Source: Patescibacteria group bacterium
GTDB taxonomy: Bacteria > Patescibacteriota > Patescibacteriia > PEXW01
NCBI GenBank assembly: GCA_038063455.1
Contig: JBBTVB010000006.1
Location: 39,234-103,233, forward strand
Length of the DNA: 64,000 nucleotides
Direction: 5' to 3'
The position numbers and the translations under genes are program-made. A model generated the notes under the pieces. That model searched no databases. It was not told where the DNA came from and was given only the letters and a program-made list of their open reading frames with translations. Shown piece by piece: positions 1-9,456 of the stretch (positions are counted from its first letter, which is position 1; every line of letters starts with the position of its first letter).

Positions 1-1465
1 CATTCTTCTGCCGGGCACGCTCCGTAGCAATCTCCACCTCTTTTTGCAGTTTAACGTTGAAGAGTCGAATCTCTTCGTACAGTCGCGCCTTTTCTAATGC
101 GCTGGCAAGCTGCGGGCCCAGAAGCTGGAGCAAATTCAGGTCGTCGTTGCTGTAGGGGTCGCCAGAGAGTTTGCCGCCCAGCAGCAGGATTGCAGCGATG
201 CGACCTTCGGTGATAACCGGCGACAAGACTGCGGCATTCAATGTATCGAGCTCAGCTTTTGAACGTTCGAGCTCTGACCTATCGTTTGCATTGGTAGTAT
301 CTTCTATACGTCGCTCAAGCGCTTCCAGAACCACAATACGTTTTTCCCGGCTCAGGTAGCGCACCAGTGAACTTGTATGGTCAAGGACGGTTTCTTTAAC
401 ACTGTCAGGCTTTTCTTGAACAAATATAGTGCCACCTTCATCAGGCAAGAGTATGCGCGCGGACTGGATTTTAAGATCACTATCAAGCCGAGCACTCACT
501 TCGGCAAGGAGCTTCTTCAAATCGATTTCTTTGTTGATTATTTCACTTAGCTGCTGGAGGGCTTTGTCGTAGTCTATGGTGGCTTTGAAAAATATTTTAT
601 CTGATATTTTTGCAAAGCTTCTTTTTAAGGGATCTAAAATGAGAACAACAAGTATACTAATAAGTAATATAGAAATATACTGATACACTTTTTCTTGGAC
701 TAATTGAGGAATTACAAATGAACTTCCAACAATCAGCGCGGAAACAATTAGAACCACTAAAGAATATGTGATTGTACGCAATACGATTAATCGTATTTCC
801 ATGAACCTATGTTTTGTTATCGCATAGGCCGTAAAGCCAACAAAAAATAATGTGGAATAACTCCCAAGATTGCTCAAATCAGAATAACCAAGTAAAGGAA
901 GAAGTAGATTTGTTATTATACCAAAAATAATAGATAATACAGTGCCAAAGAAGAGATACTTTATTTGTATCCTCTGAAGACCACTAGTTTTTCTAAAACT
1001 TGAAGCCAGCAAAAAGATGGAAATAAGAATATAAAAAATAAAGTACGCTACAAAAATGTAATAACCCTGGCTAAATATTGGTGCGATTGGGTGAATATTG
1101 ATATCGCCAACACCTGATATAATCTGATTATTAATCGTCAATAACAGAAGTAGTACTGCGGGAATAAATATTAAAAAAAATGTAAACTTTCGAATTCTTC
1201 TTTGAATTGGGAATGTTGCAGTAAATAGCAATAAAAATGTGGGAATGAAAAATGACCATACAAATGTGAGCTTTGTCCACAATAATGCATTTACATTTGT
1301 GCGCGTTTGGTCGACAATGTAATTGCTTACCGTCCAAAGAACAACAGAGACAACAAAACCAAATAAAACGCGGTTAGCTATACTTTTTTTGTTTCTCAAA
1401 AAAACCAAAAGACCAACAAGAAAATTCAAACCAGCTGAAAGAATTAAAACAAACAAATCAAGCAT
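1..1465 (-). CDS. 7TM (HisKA_7TM-like) + GAF sensor, probably a histidine kinase; 3' end runs off the window
   Basis: Absent from the ORF track because it is truncated. Both ends translated by hand, in the same frame: ATG at 1465 gives MLDLFVLILSAGLNFLVGLLVFLRNKKSIANR..., and the window edge reads ...LLLGGKLSGDPYSNDDLNLLQLLGPQLASALEKARLYEEIRLFNVKLQKEVEIATERARQKN, a GAF end plus the coiled coil that typically precedes HisKA. Confidence 0.85.
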   Translation of the reverse strand, partial: MLDLFVLILSAGLNFLVGLLVFLRNKKSIANRVLFGFVVSVVLWTVSNYIVDQTRTNVNALLWTKLTFVWSFFIPTFLLLFTATFPIQRRIRKFTFFLIFIPAVLLLLLTINNQIISGVGDINIHPIAPIFSQGYYIFVAYFIFYILISIFLLASSFRKTSGLQRIQIKYLFFGTVLSIIFGIITNLLLPLLGYSDLSNLGSYSTLFFVGFTAYAITKHRFMEIRLIVLRTITYSLVVLIVSALIVGSSFVIPQLVQEKVYQYISILLISILVVLILDPLKRSFAKISDKIFFKATIDYDKALQQLSEIINKEIDLKKLLAEVSARLDSDLKIQSARILLPDEGGTIFVQEKPDSVKETVLDHTSSLVRYLSREKRIVVLEALERRIEDTTNANDRSELERSKAELDTLNAAVLSPVITEGRIAAILLLGGKLSGDPYSNDDLNLLQLLGPQLASALEKARLYEEIRLFNVKLQKEVEIATERARQKN

Positions 1466-1466
1466 C

Positions 1467-2249
1467 TTAAGCTATATATTTTTTTTCAAATAAGTCTATC
1501 GCAATTACTTCTGGAATCACAGATGACTTCCGTTTACCTAATAAGATGAAAAATGATTCCGCAATCATGATGCTCGAAGCTAGGGTCTGCGCGAGTGCAA
1601 TATTTGGAATCGCAATTTTTTTCATGACCACCTTCTCTATGGTTTCTTGTTGAATGTAACTAGTTCTGATAGGTGCATATTTTTCTGCTGGAACATTTAC
1701 TGCATTTACTTCTTCTCTGTTCATACCATCTTTTAAGCCAAGGAACTCATTAAATGAAAGACCCCTGGGATCAAATATTAATACGGATGCGCCATAGCCA
1801 ATCGCTTGTGGAGCGAGTACAAATTTGTTCTGTTTACGCGCTTCACTAGTAAGAATGTATGAGTAATACAATTCGTTATAATCAATACAATCGTAAATAA
1901 TGTCGGCCTTTGCAACTATTTCAGATACATTCTTTTCTGTAAGACCTTCCGAGTAAACCTTAATACTCGCGGCAGGATTAATATCATTCAAAGTCTCTCC
2001 GACAACTTCTGCTTTATTTCTTCCTATTGTACTTTTAAATGCACAAAACTGGTTATTGATGTTGACATCGTTATATTTATCAAAATCAGCAATAATTAAA
2101 GACTCGATACCAGACCGTGCGAGTATCTGAGAAGAGATGCTACCCATACCACCACAACCTAATACAGCGACCGCCTTTTTACGTAAAGTTTGTTGTTCAG
2201 TTTCAGAAAAAATTCCAATATTGCGGTCAAACATTTCTTCGTAATTCAT
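1467..2249 (-). CDS. ThiF/MoeB/E1-like adenylyltransferase
   Basis: FDRNIG, VAVLGCGGMGS, ADFDKYNDVNINNQF, GRNKAE and DCID motifs; no C-terminal Zn-binding CxxC pairs. Confidence 0.9.
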   Translation of the reverse strand: MNYEEMFDRNIGIFSETEQQTLRKKAVAVLGCGGMGSISSQILARSGIESLIIADFDKYNDVNINNQFCAFKSTIGRNKAEVVGETLNDINPAASIKVYSEGLTEKNVSEIVAKADIIYDCIDYNELYYSYILTSEARKQNKFVLAPQAIGYGASVLIFDPRGLSFNEFLGLKDGMNREEVNAVNVPAEKYAPIRTSYIQQETIEKVVMKKIAIPNIALAQTLASSIMIAESFFILLGKRKSSVIPEVIAIDLFEKKYIA

Positions 2250-2255
2250 ATATTT

Positions 2256-2732
2256 CTAATTAAATAGTGTAAGTATAACTTTCAAACCGCCAGAATAAAT
2301 CATAATCCATACAAGAAAGAATAACACATTGTTAGTAAGAACTAAAATAATTCTTTCTTTGGGTGGAAAATCTACCAAAGATATATAAACCGTTGTTGGA
2401 AGCGGACCAATTGTAACAGCTAAAATTAGGGTCGAAATGACCTTCCCATATTTTACGAAACTTTCACGTTTTCTTAATAACTCTTCTTCTTTCCGTTTTA
2501 TCCAACCCTGAGTGAGTACTACGATCTTATTTCCTGAAATTATTTTATTTTGGTAAAGGTACAATATGAAAAAAGAAAGAAGAATAAAAACTATTGAAAA
2601 AATACAAAAGGTGTAGATACTTCCAATGAGTACAATTGAAGATATCAGAAGACCCTCACCAAAGATTACCAACAGTACAGAGCCAATTATTGCAACTAAC
2701 GTCCCTGAAATTTTTACTATGTATCGTATCAT
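2256..2732 (-). CDS. Small multi-pass membrane protein, possible exporter
   Basis: 158 aa with about 4 hydrophobic segments; overlaps the upstream acyltransferase stop (ATGA). Confidence 0.75.
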   Translation of the reverse strand: MIRYIVKISGTLVAIIGSVLLVIFGEGLLISSIVLIGSIYTFCIFSIVFILLSFFILYLYQNKIISGNKIVVLTQGWIKRKEEELLRKRESFVKYGKVISTLILAVTIGPLPTTVYISLVDFPPKERIILVLTNNVLFFLVWIMIYSGGLKVILTLFN

Positions 2733-3424
2733 GAAATTGAATACCCCTTCTTTTGCTCATCAAATTTAATTGTCGCGTCTTGTAAATACATAAATAGTCG
2801 AGGATTGTTCCTTTGCAAACTTACTTCGAAATCCTTGACACTCAATATACATGGAAAGGTAAGCCCTTGATACAGACTAGGTTGCCCAATTTTTTTAAAT
2901 GGTATACCTATTTTTAGGACTACTGGAAGTAATCGCTCATCCATCACAGAAAATATATTTTTAATATTGTGCTTCTTTACGTACAAAAAAATCCCCTTTA
3001 TTAAAACCAACATTAGATGATGGCGTCTAAATTCTTTAGCTACGATAAGCCTTGAAATTTCAGCTGACTCATTCCTTTGATAATTGTTAACGTTAATGTC
3101 AATATTGAAATGTTTTTCGATCGGAAACCCATTGGGTGAATCAAGTATAAGTCTTACAGTCGCAGCAATTTCCTTCTTTAAATCTCGAATCACAAAATGT
3201 ACCGAAAAAGAATCCCAATTATCTTTTTCACGACCATTTTCTGAAAGATTTTTGTCAATATACTTATACTCCTCAATATAAACTTGATATCTAAGGCGAT
3301 GAAGTTCATCTAACTCATCAGGGTTTTTGGTGGTATAGAATGTAAATTTTTGATAAAAACTTTTATAAAACCACCAGAATTCAATTTCTCTTCGAATTTT
3401 TTTTACCCAGGGGAAAATTATCAT
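2729..3424 (-). CDS. GNAT-fold N-acyl amino acid synthase (FeeM / autoinducer-synthase-like)
   Basis: LHRLRYQVYIEE, EKDNWD, ATVRLI, FPIE and AEISRLIV motifs. Confidence 0.85.
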   Translation of the reverse strand: MIIFPWVKKIRREIEFWWFYKSFYQKFTFYTTKNPDELDELHRLRYQVYIEEYKYIDKNLSENGREKDNWDSFSVHFVIRDLKKEIAATVRLILDSPNGFPIEKHFNIDINVNNYQRNESAEISRLIVAKEFRRHHLMLVLIKGIFLYVKKHNIKNIFSVMDERLLPVVLKIGIPFKKIGQPSLYQGLTFPCILSVKDFEVSLQRNNPRLFMYLQDATIKFDEQKKGYSIS

Positions 3425-3441
3425 TGTTTTCTATACTTTTA

Positions 3442-4854
3442 TTATATTGCTAATTGCTCATCAGCATTATTTCTTAGTTTCAGCATATTTTCTGACAAAA
3501 TCACCCCTAGTAGAACGGGAATAATTTTCACCTGCGCCTCACGTAAAGATAGAAACAAATCGCTGTCTAACCTAACTTTATTACCGCTTAACAGCGCGAA
3601 ACCCAAAATATCCTCGCCTTTCCCAAATGGGGTAACAATATCAATCTTTTTTGCCTTAAGGTACTTGTAGGCAACAGCACACTCTTTACGCTCGTTAGAT
3701 AGCCCCTCCTCGCTACGCAGGGCTAATTCTTCGGTTACCAATATTTGCCCTGTCCGTTTTAAAATCTTAATGAATACCTGGCTATTATTAATCTTCTCAG
3801 TAGATGAGAAAGCTGTAAAGTTTAAGTTTGTCTTATCGACAAAATATACGACAGAACTACTAAAATGATACTCTTCTCTAAAGATTTTCTCTAGGCCCAT
3901 GATAAATTCTTTTACTGAAGTTTTTTGTACTATCTTAGGCAATACTAACATGGATTCAATCCGCCTCTCCTCGTGTGTTCGTAAAAAGTTCTGTGCCTTG
4001 GAAATAACTGTAGGTATGGTAAGTAATGCAAAAATTGCCGAGAGCGCAGATGGCATCAAGACTCTTATAAATGCATCTTTTGTTGCAACAACAGCATGCA
4101 AAACCATAAAGAGGATAGCGTATGCAATGCCAACCAAAATATACAGCGCCAGCGTAGCAACTGATGTGCGAAAAATTAGACGTATGCCCAAAAAGCGATA
4201 CCGCGTAATTGCATAGGCAGCAAGTCCTACAAAAATACAAGAAAATGTTGAGTCTAGAACATTCACCTGCACACTGTTTGCGAGCATGGGAAGAACAAAG
4301 TCAACAAAAATTACAGGGGCTACCGGCAACAGTAATGCAAGGGTAACTAATCCGAATTGTTTTCTTCTCAATCCATTTTCTCGATGCCATGCTTTTGCAA
4401 TATGATAAATTGCCAGAAGAAGCAGACCGGCCACCCAGAAAGCGTAGATAGAAAATAGCGGCCCTAATTCACCATACGAGGCACTTTCTTGCGCTGTCTG
4501 TAAGAAAGACTGCACCATTAAACCTGGTACAAATGTAAACAGCGCAATCAAAAAGGTTACAACGAGTACGCAAAAAATTAAAAATTTGCTTAGCGGCCGT
4601 TGAATCAACGATCTTATCCAAATATAATTGAATCCGGCTACTAAAGAACCTAACGCAAATGTCAACGCGAGAAAGGTAAATGAATTTACTTGGTATAAAC
4701 TTAAAAAACTCGCAAAAGCCCAGGTGCTTATGGTAAACGCTACCAGTGCAAACCACCTCCTATAGGCCACGCCCTTTGCGCGTGTTGCTACAAAAATACC
4801 TAGACTAAGATTGGCTACACTGGAAAGAAGGGCAAAAAATTGGATGATGTTCAT
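3442..4854 (-). CDS. 7TM (HisKA_7TM-like) + GAF-like membrane sensor with no transmitter domain
   Basis: Multi-TM N-terminus, AYAITRYRFLGIRLIFR linker, GAF-like C-terminus (VTPFG...ILGFALLSG); stops with no H-box or ATPase domain. Confidence 0.8.
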   Translation of the reverse strand: MNIIQFFALLSSVANLSLGIFVATRAKGVAYRRWFALVAFTISTWAFASFLSLYQVNSFTFLALTFALGSLVAGFNYIWIRSLIQRPLSKFLIFCVLVVTFLIALFTFVPGLMVQSFLQTAQESASYGELGPLFSIYAFWVAGLLLLAIYHIAKAWHRENGLRRKQFGLVTLALLLPVAPVIFVDFVLPMLANSVQVNVLDSTFSCIFVGLAAYAITRYRFLGIRLIFRTSVATLALYILVGIAYAILFMVLHAVVATKDAFIRVLMPSALSAIFALLTIPTVISKAQNFLRTHEERRIESMLVLPKIVQKTSVKEFIMGLEKIFREEYHFSSSVVYFVDKTNLNFTAFSSTEKINNSQVFIKILKRTGQILVTEELALRSEEGLSNERKECAVAYKYLKAKKIDIVTPFGKGEDILGFALLSGNKVRLDSDLFLSLREAQVKIIPVLLGVILSENMLKLRNNADEQLAI

Positions 4855-4855
4855 A

Positions 4856-6292
4856 CTAAGTTGATACCTGCTTCTGTGCTGCTACAATCGCGTTGTAATA
4901 CATAACCGAGGTTTGAATATGCGGAAACAAATCTTTACGGATTTTGCGCGCAAAGGCAACATCTTCTTCGCTATAAATATTACCACCCTTTCTTTTGCCT
5001 AATACAATTGCCCCAAAAAACTGATCGCCCACTCCAAATGGAATAAGCATGCTTATGTTATTTTTCTCTAAAATTCCATAAATCTTTTGCAAAAGAATTG
5101 CTTCTTCATCATTTAACCCTTCCGCTTCCAGAATTATTTCTTCTGCAATACGTACATCCTCAAATTGTCTTAGGCACTGGAAAAAAGGGTCCTGATACGA
5201 AAACACAGATTTATACGCATGACCCGCAAAAGGCTCTAAAAAACCAGTCTTGCGGTTATACCAAATAAAACCCATCTCTTTAACTTGGAACTGCTTTTGT
5301 ATTTGTGGCAATGCTTCGGCCATAAGCTTTTGTAAGGGTAGCTCGGGCTTCCCTTTAAGGATCGGTGCATCAACTTTAGGTGCTTTATACAGGGGCGGAA
5401 AAATAACAGTTGTAAACAAATACTGAATACCTTGGCGCAGAAGAAACGCCAAACCAATCCCAAATATAAAAAGAATGCTAAATGCAGCCTCACTATTCAA
5501 ACTTACAGTTTCAACAAGGTACCTAAATGTTTGAAGTAAAGATATAAGCAATATTCCACCTGCCCCACCGTAAAAAATTGTGTATACAAATGCTCGACCC
5601 ACTGCTTGTCGAAGGTTCAATAATCTATAGCGGAAAATTGCCCGTATACTAAGTAAGCTAAACAACAAGCCTGTGTTTGAAAAAAATATATACGCATCTG
5701 GGCTAATAGGACTCACTATTGATACGTATGCGCTAAGAATTACCAAAAAAACCATTGGTAACAAAAAACCAAGTGCAACATACTCTAGTTGCTTTTTTTT
5801 AATACCTGTCGAAGCTTTGTAATTTTTAAAAATTCCCATACAACCCAATACTACTATGATGCTTATTCCAGAAATGTAAATCGCGTAGTAACTTGGAGTA
5901 AAGCTCAAAAACTCATCTTTATTTGGAAAAAAATCGGTAACAAATGGTAGTACTATTACAACGCCCGTAACAAAAAACTGTAGGAACGAAAAAAAATTTG
6001 ATTTTATGATTTTAACAGGAAAACGCCAGCTAAATTGTGTGAATGAAAAGGCGACGAGTACAGCTGCGATAAGATCGATGGCAGATAAAATTGAATTCAC
6101 CCTTCCACCGGAGACAACTAGTGCGTCGACATTCACGGACAAAAGCCAAAGGAACGAAAATAATATTACAAAAAAATAATACCTGCCTCCAATATTTTTC
6201 CTCCAACCTTTTATGGCTAAATATCCAACAAACACAAAAAGTCCGACGTTAACGGCGGACAGCAGGTAAATTGCCAGGCGGATTGAGTTCAT
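4856..6292 (-). CDS. 7TM (HisKA_7TM-like) + GAF-like membrane sensor with no transmitter domain
   Basis: Paralog of its neighbour: KKKQLEYV, AIFRYRLLNLR, LIPFG...GAIVLGKRKGGNIYSEEDV; ends right after the GAF domain. Confidence 0.8.
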   Translation of the reverse strand: MNSIRLAIYLLSAVNVGLFVFVGYLAIKGWRKNIGGRYYFFVILFSFLWLLSVNVDALVVSGGRVNSILSAIDLIAAVLVAFSFTQFSWRFPVKIIKSNFFSFLQFFVTGVVIVLPFVTDFFPNKDEFLSFTPSYYAIYISGISIIVVLGCMGIFKNYKASTGIKKKQLEYVALGFLLPMVFLVILSAYVSIVSPISPDAYIFFSNTGLLFSLLSIRAIFRYRLLNLRQAVGRAFVYTIFYGGAGGILLISLLQTFRYLVETVSLNSEAAFSILFIFGIGLAFLLRQGIQYLFTTVIFPPLYKAPKVDAPILKGKPELPLQKLMAEALPQIQKQFQVKEMGFIWYNRKTGFLEPFAGHAYKSVFSYQDPFFQCLRQFEDVRIAEEIILEAEGLNDEEAILLQKIYGILEKNNISMLIPFGVGDQFFGAIVLGKRKGGNIYSEEDVAFARKIRKDLFPHIQTSVMYYNAIVAAQKQVST

Positions 6293-6408
6293 AGGCAGCA
6301 GTTCATCAGAAGTGCCCAGATTTTGGGCAGTCCCCTAACTGGGGAATGGTTGACGTTTGCCGCCTACATTATGCAAGATTTTGGGGGAAAGGGCAAATTG
6401 TAAAACGG

Positions 6409-7134
6409 CTATTGTGAGCCTGTACCCCTACTAACCTGAATTCTTGGAATCGATCCAGAAAAAACGACATGAAGGTTGTGGTAGCTCCCTTTTTCACTCC
6501 TCCAAACATTAAAAAAATTAAACTTACTCCAGGTCCAAACCGCCACTGCATGGCCCTTACAGGCACCATTATCCTGATATGAACCTTCAAGTACAATCAA
6601 ATCATCTTGACCATCTGCATCTGCATCGGTAATAGCCAGCGAACAATTAGGGGTGTCCAAATTTGAAGATTGCCAAGCCGGAAAAAGACCAGTTTCAGTT
6701 ACGTTGTAAACAAACAGGTGATTCTTAACGGAGATATCGTTCTCTTCCTCTTTCACCCAAAATGGCCGCGACGCGCCATAGTCACCTGGCTTCCATATAA
6801 CCATAACAAGTTGCTGGCCCAAACCCATAACATTGCCAAAAGCCATTGCAGTTACTTGCCAATCCTTTGGTGAAGACCATTTTTGAATGCCAGACTCACC
6901 AACGGTAAGTAAACCATTACGCAATGTATACGTTTCTTCTTTGCCATTCCCATTCAGGTCAGCTTGCGTCTTACTAGGTGCAGCCGTTCGATTCCCGGGT
7001 CGTACCTCATGGAATTTTTGTTGAGTGTTGTTCCATTGCCAAGCGGTCTCTTTGGGCTGGGTGCTTGATAGAAAGCGAATCATCAACAGAACAACAGCAC
7101 TTACAACTAGTAAAGGCCATTTTTCGCACGGCAT
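6409..7134 (-). CDS. Membrane-anchored protein with FG-GAP/VCBS-like Ca-binding repeats
   Basis: N-terminal TM; DLNGNGKEE and DADADGQDDLIVLE motifs; starts 3 bp after the DUF3160 stop. Confidence 0.7.
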   Translation of the reverse strand: MPCEKWPLLVVSAVVLLMIRFLSSTQPKETAWQWNNTQQKFHEVRPGNRTAAPSKTQADLNGNGKEETYTLRNGLLTVGESGIQKWSSPKDWQVTAMAFGNVMGLGQQLVMVIWKPGDYGASRPFWVKEEENDISVKNHLFVYNVTETGLFPAWQSSNLDTPNCSLAITDADADGQDDLIVLEGSYQDNGACKGHAVAVWTWSKFNFFNVWRSEKGSYHNLHVVFSGSIPRIQVSRGTGSQ

Positions 7135-7137
7135 CAG

Positions 7138-9390
7138 CTACTGTGCAGAAATACTCTGCAACCACTTATCAACTGCGGGAACGCTAGATTGATTTTCATA
7201 GCGCTTATTAAGAATTTCTCGCCAAGTCGTATCGGTGAGCCGATCTTTGGCCGGATGAATGAACTCATAGTGCGAGTACACTCCACCCTTTGCAAGCCGA
7301 AGCTTGCCTTCTACCGGGACGACGACATAGATTGATAGGATGTCGCCAGTTGCCTCTTGTAATACTGTGCCATTCGGGTCCGTTGCTACATCAGAAACGA
7401 GTGCCGCGGGATTTTGATCCAAGTAGTTTATTTGATCAATTCCAGCCTTTTTCATCTCCTCGCGGTTTGCTTCAAGCCAAAAGTGCTCCAGAGATCCACC
7501 GAACGTACGGATAAACTCATAATCCTCCTTAGATATTTGAGCGCCATTAAGCTCCTTTTCCGCAATACTCTTAAGACGACGGCTGAGCGTTTCTAATCGA
7601 GTTAGATTTTCCGCAAAGGCAGAGCTTATTAAGCCTCGGATTTGCAGCCCCTCCTTTGTGAAAAGCGCCAGTGAAGCAAGTCGCGCAAAAACTTCGGGCT
7701 CGGGTTCCACGTAACCGCGATCATCGAGTTCATCCGGTGGGCCGCCACCTAGCTCAGAGTACGCCTGCTTTGCGTATAAAACCGTATCATGCTTTAGCTC
7801 TGTCCAACTACTTAAGTAAGTATTCAGATTCTTCCATTGCCACGCAGTGGATCGCATGAAGCTTGGGTAGCCGTAATCACGCTCCAGCGTAAGGGGCTGA
7901 AGCGCATACAGCCAACTCCAGTACAAATTCTGCGTCCAATGCTCAACTCTAATTTTGCTGGTGTAGTCTCGCATAACTTGTATCTGCTCTGGGTACAATT
8001 TGTACTCCGTCTCACCCATGTTCGTCAGCAATTCTAGTGCGGCGTCTGAACCCATAGCTGCGGGGATGTCCAAGGCTTTGGGCAGCATGCGTGATTCTGG
8101 CACATTACCCCCGCACTTCATGGACCCACTTTTTGTGCCGACCTCACGACAGATAAGACGTTGAAAAATGGAGGCATCCAAAGTAAACCGCTGGCCCATG
8201 AAGCGAAAACCTTTAATACTTTCTTCCCGATTACTATTCGGATCTACAGAAGGAGCTAAGATCGGAATGGAGTTAATCTGGGGCGGTGCTAGTTTTTTAG
8301 CGTCGCTAACGAACGCTGAAAATACCGCATCATTTCCGGCTACCTTCAAAATATCAAAAGATTTGTAGTGTTTGTTTATTAGGTTAAAAAAATCAATATA
8401 TGTGATGTCGTCGCTCTCGCCAACAAAAAATTTCGTCGGTTCATAAATTGTGTTCCAGAGTTTTGCATTCTTTTCATCTTGCATTGCTAGAGTTATAAGG
8501 ACGGCCGAACGAACTTCTTCCGGATTTTTTACAAGAAAGGTCAACCGACCGTACCACATCATCGTTTTAAAGTAAGTTTTGAGCAGATCCGTTTTATCAT
8601 AGTGACCTCGGGGAACGTATTGCGTAAAATCCTCCATCGTCGAATTCTGATTGCCAAGCTGCATGACTGCTGAATACCCATCTGCTCTCTCATGCGCTGA
8701 TATACTCTCAAGGTCCGCAATAATGGCGGATGTAGGCGCAGTTGAAGGCAGCGCAGCATTTGAATCGAGCAGGCGGGCGGCTACTCCAAAGAAACCAGCA
8801 TTACGGGTGGCCGCATTTTCCCACCCAGTGCCTTTAAGTTGTGTTGCATATTTGTCGGAGGTGGAAAGAAGGTTCGCGGTAAGTTCTTTTAGCGCCGAAT
8901 GTAGATGATCTTCTTCAACTCTCTTTAGAAGGTAGTCGTAGAAAACGTGGTACGTATGGAGCACCGAATCTGTCGTGACAAAACTGGGGGCATACCCATA
9001 ACGATTTCTTTCATAGATTGGATAAAATTCATCTTGCCCAAAACCCTCTGCGATTACAAAGTCATTCTTTTCAACCAAAGCCTTCTGGGCATCAGAAAGC
9101 TCAAATTGTGTTCTATTAGTAACATTTGTTAAGTCTTTCTCGACTTTATATTCTTTTACAAGCGGTTTTACGTTAGTCGATGTTGGCTTGTAGGTAGCGA
9201 AATTTGATGCCTGTGCTTTTGGAATAGAAAGGGGGGCCGGCTTGGTTATGTTCTCATCTGTAGCCTCCGCTGTTACCGAAGAGCCCTCGCGGGCATCCTC
9301 GTGCTTTAAATAGGAACTCAATATAGAGCCGCCGCTTACTAAGATGAGCAGTACGACAGCTAATAGAAAAAATTTCTTACTTAAGTACAT
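7138..9390 (-). CDS. DUF3160 domain-containing exported protein
   Basis: FVTTDSVLHTYH, DFTQYVPRGHY, YFKTMMWYGR, SWTELKHDTVLYAKQ, GYVEPEP and RLTDTTWR motifs. Confidence 0.9.
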   Translation of the reverse strand: MYLSKKFFLLAVVLLILVSGGSILSSYLKHEDAREGSSVTAEATDENITKPAPLSIPKAQASNFATYKPTSTNVKPLVKEYKVEKDLTNVTNRTQFELSDAQKALVEKNDFVIAEGFGQDEFYPIYERNRYGYAPSFVTTDSVLHTYHVFYDYLLKRVEEDHLHSALKELTANLLSTSDKYATQLKGTGWENAATRNAGFFGVAARLLDSNAALPSTAPTSAIIADLESISAHERADGYSAVMQLGNQNSTMEDFTQYVPRGHYDKTDLLKTYFKTMMWYGRLTFLVKNPEEVRSAVLITLAMQDEKNAKLWNTIYEPTKFFVGESDDITYIDFFNLINKHYKSFDILKVAGNDAVFSAFVSDAKKLAPPQINSIPILAPSVDPNSNREESIKGFRFMGQRFTLDASIFQRLICREVGTKSGSMKCGGNVPESRMLPKALDIPAAMGSDAALELLTNMGETEYKLYPEQIQVMRDYTSKIRVEHWTQNLYWSWLYALQPLTLERDYGYPSFMRSTAWQWKNLNTYLSSWTELKHDTVLYAKQAYSELGGGPPDELDDRGYVEPEPEVFARLASLALFTKEGLQIRGLISSAFAENLTRLETLSRRLKSIAEKELNGAQISKEDYEFIRTFGGSLEHFWLEANREEMKKAGIDQINYLDQNPAALVSDVATDPNGTVLQEATGDILSIYVVVPVEGKLRLAKGGVYSHYEFIHPAKDRLTDTTWREILNKRYENQSSVPAVDKWLQSISAQ

Positions 9391-9456
9391 AAATAATATT
9401 CATACTACGAAATTTGACTTTGGGGATACTGAATATTCCTCCCATTCCAGAGTTCA

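Noticed and set aside
2729-3424. LuxI acyl-homoserine lactone synthase call
   Set aside because: The motifs (RYQVY, EISRL, FPIE) fit FeeM-type N-acyl amino acid synthases better than LuxI (RxxVF...W, WExSRF), and no luxR is nearby; an HMM comparison would settle it.
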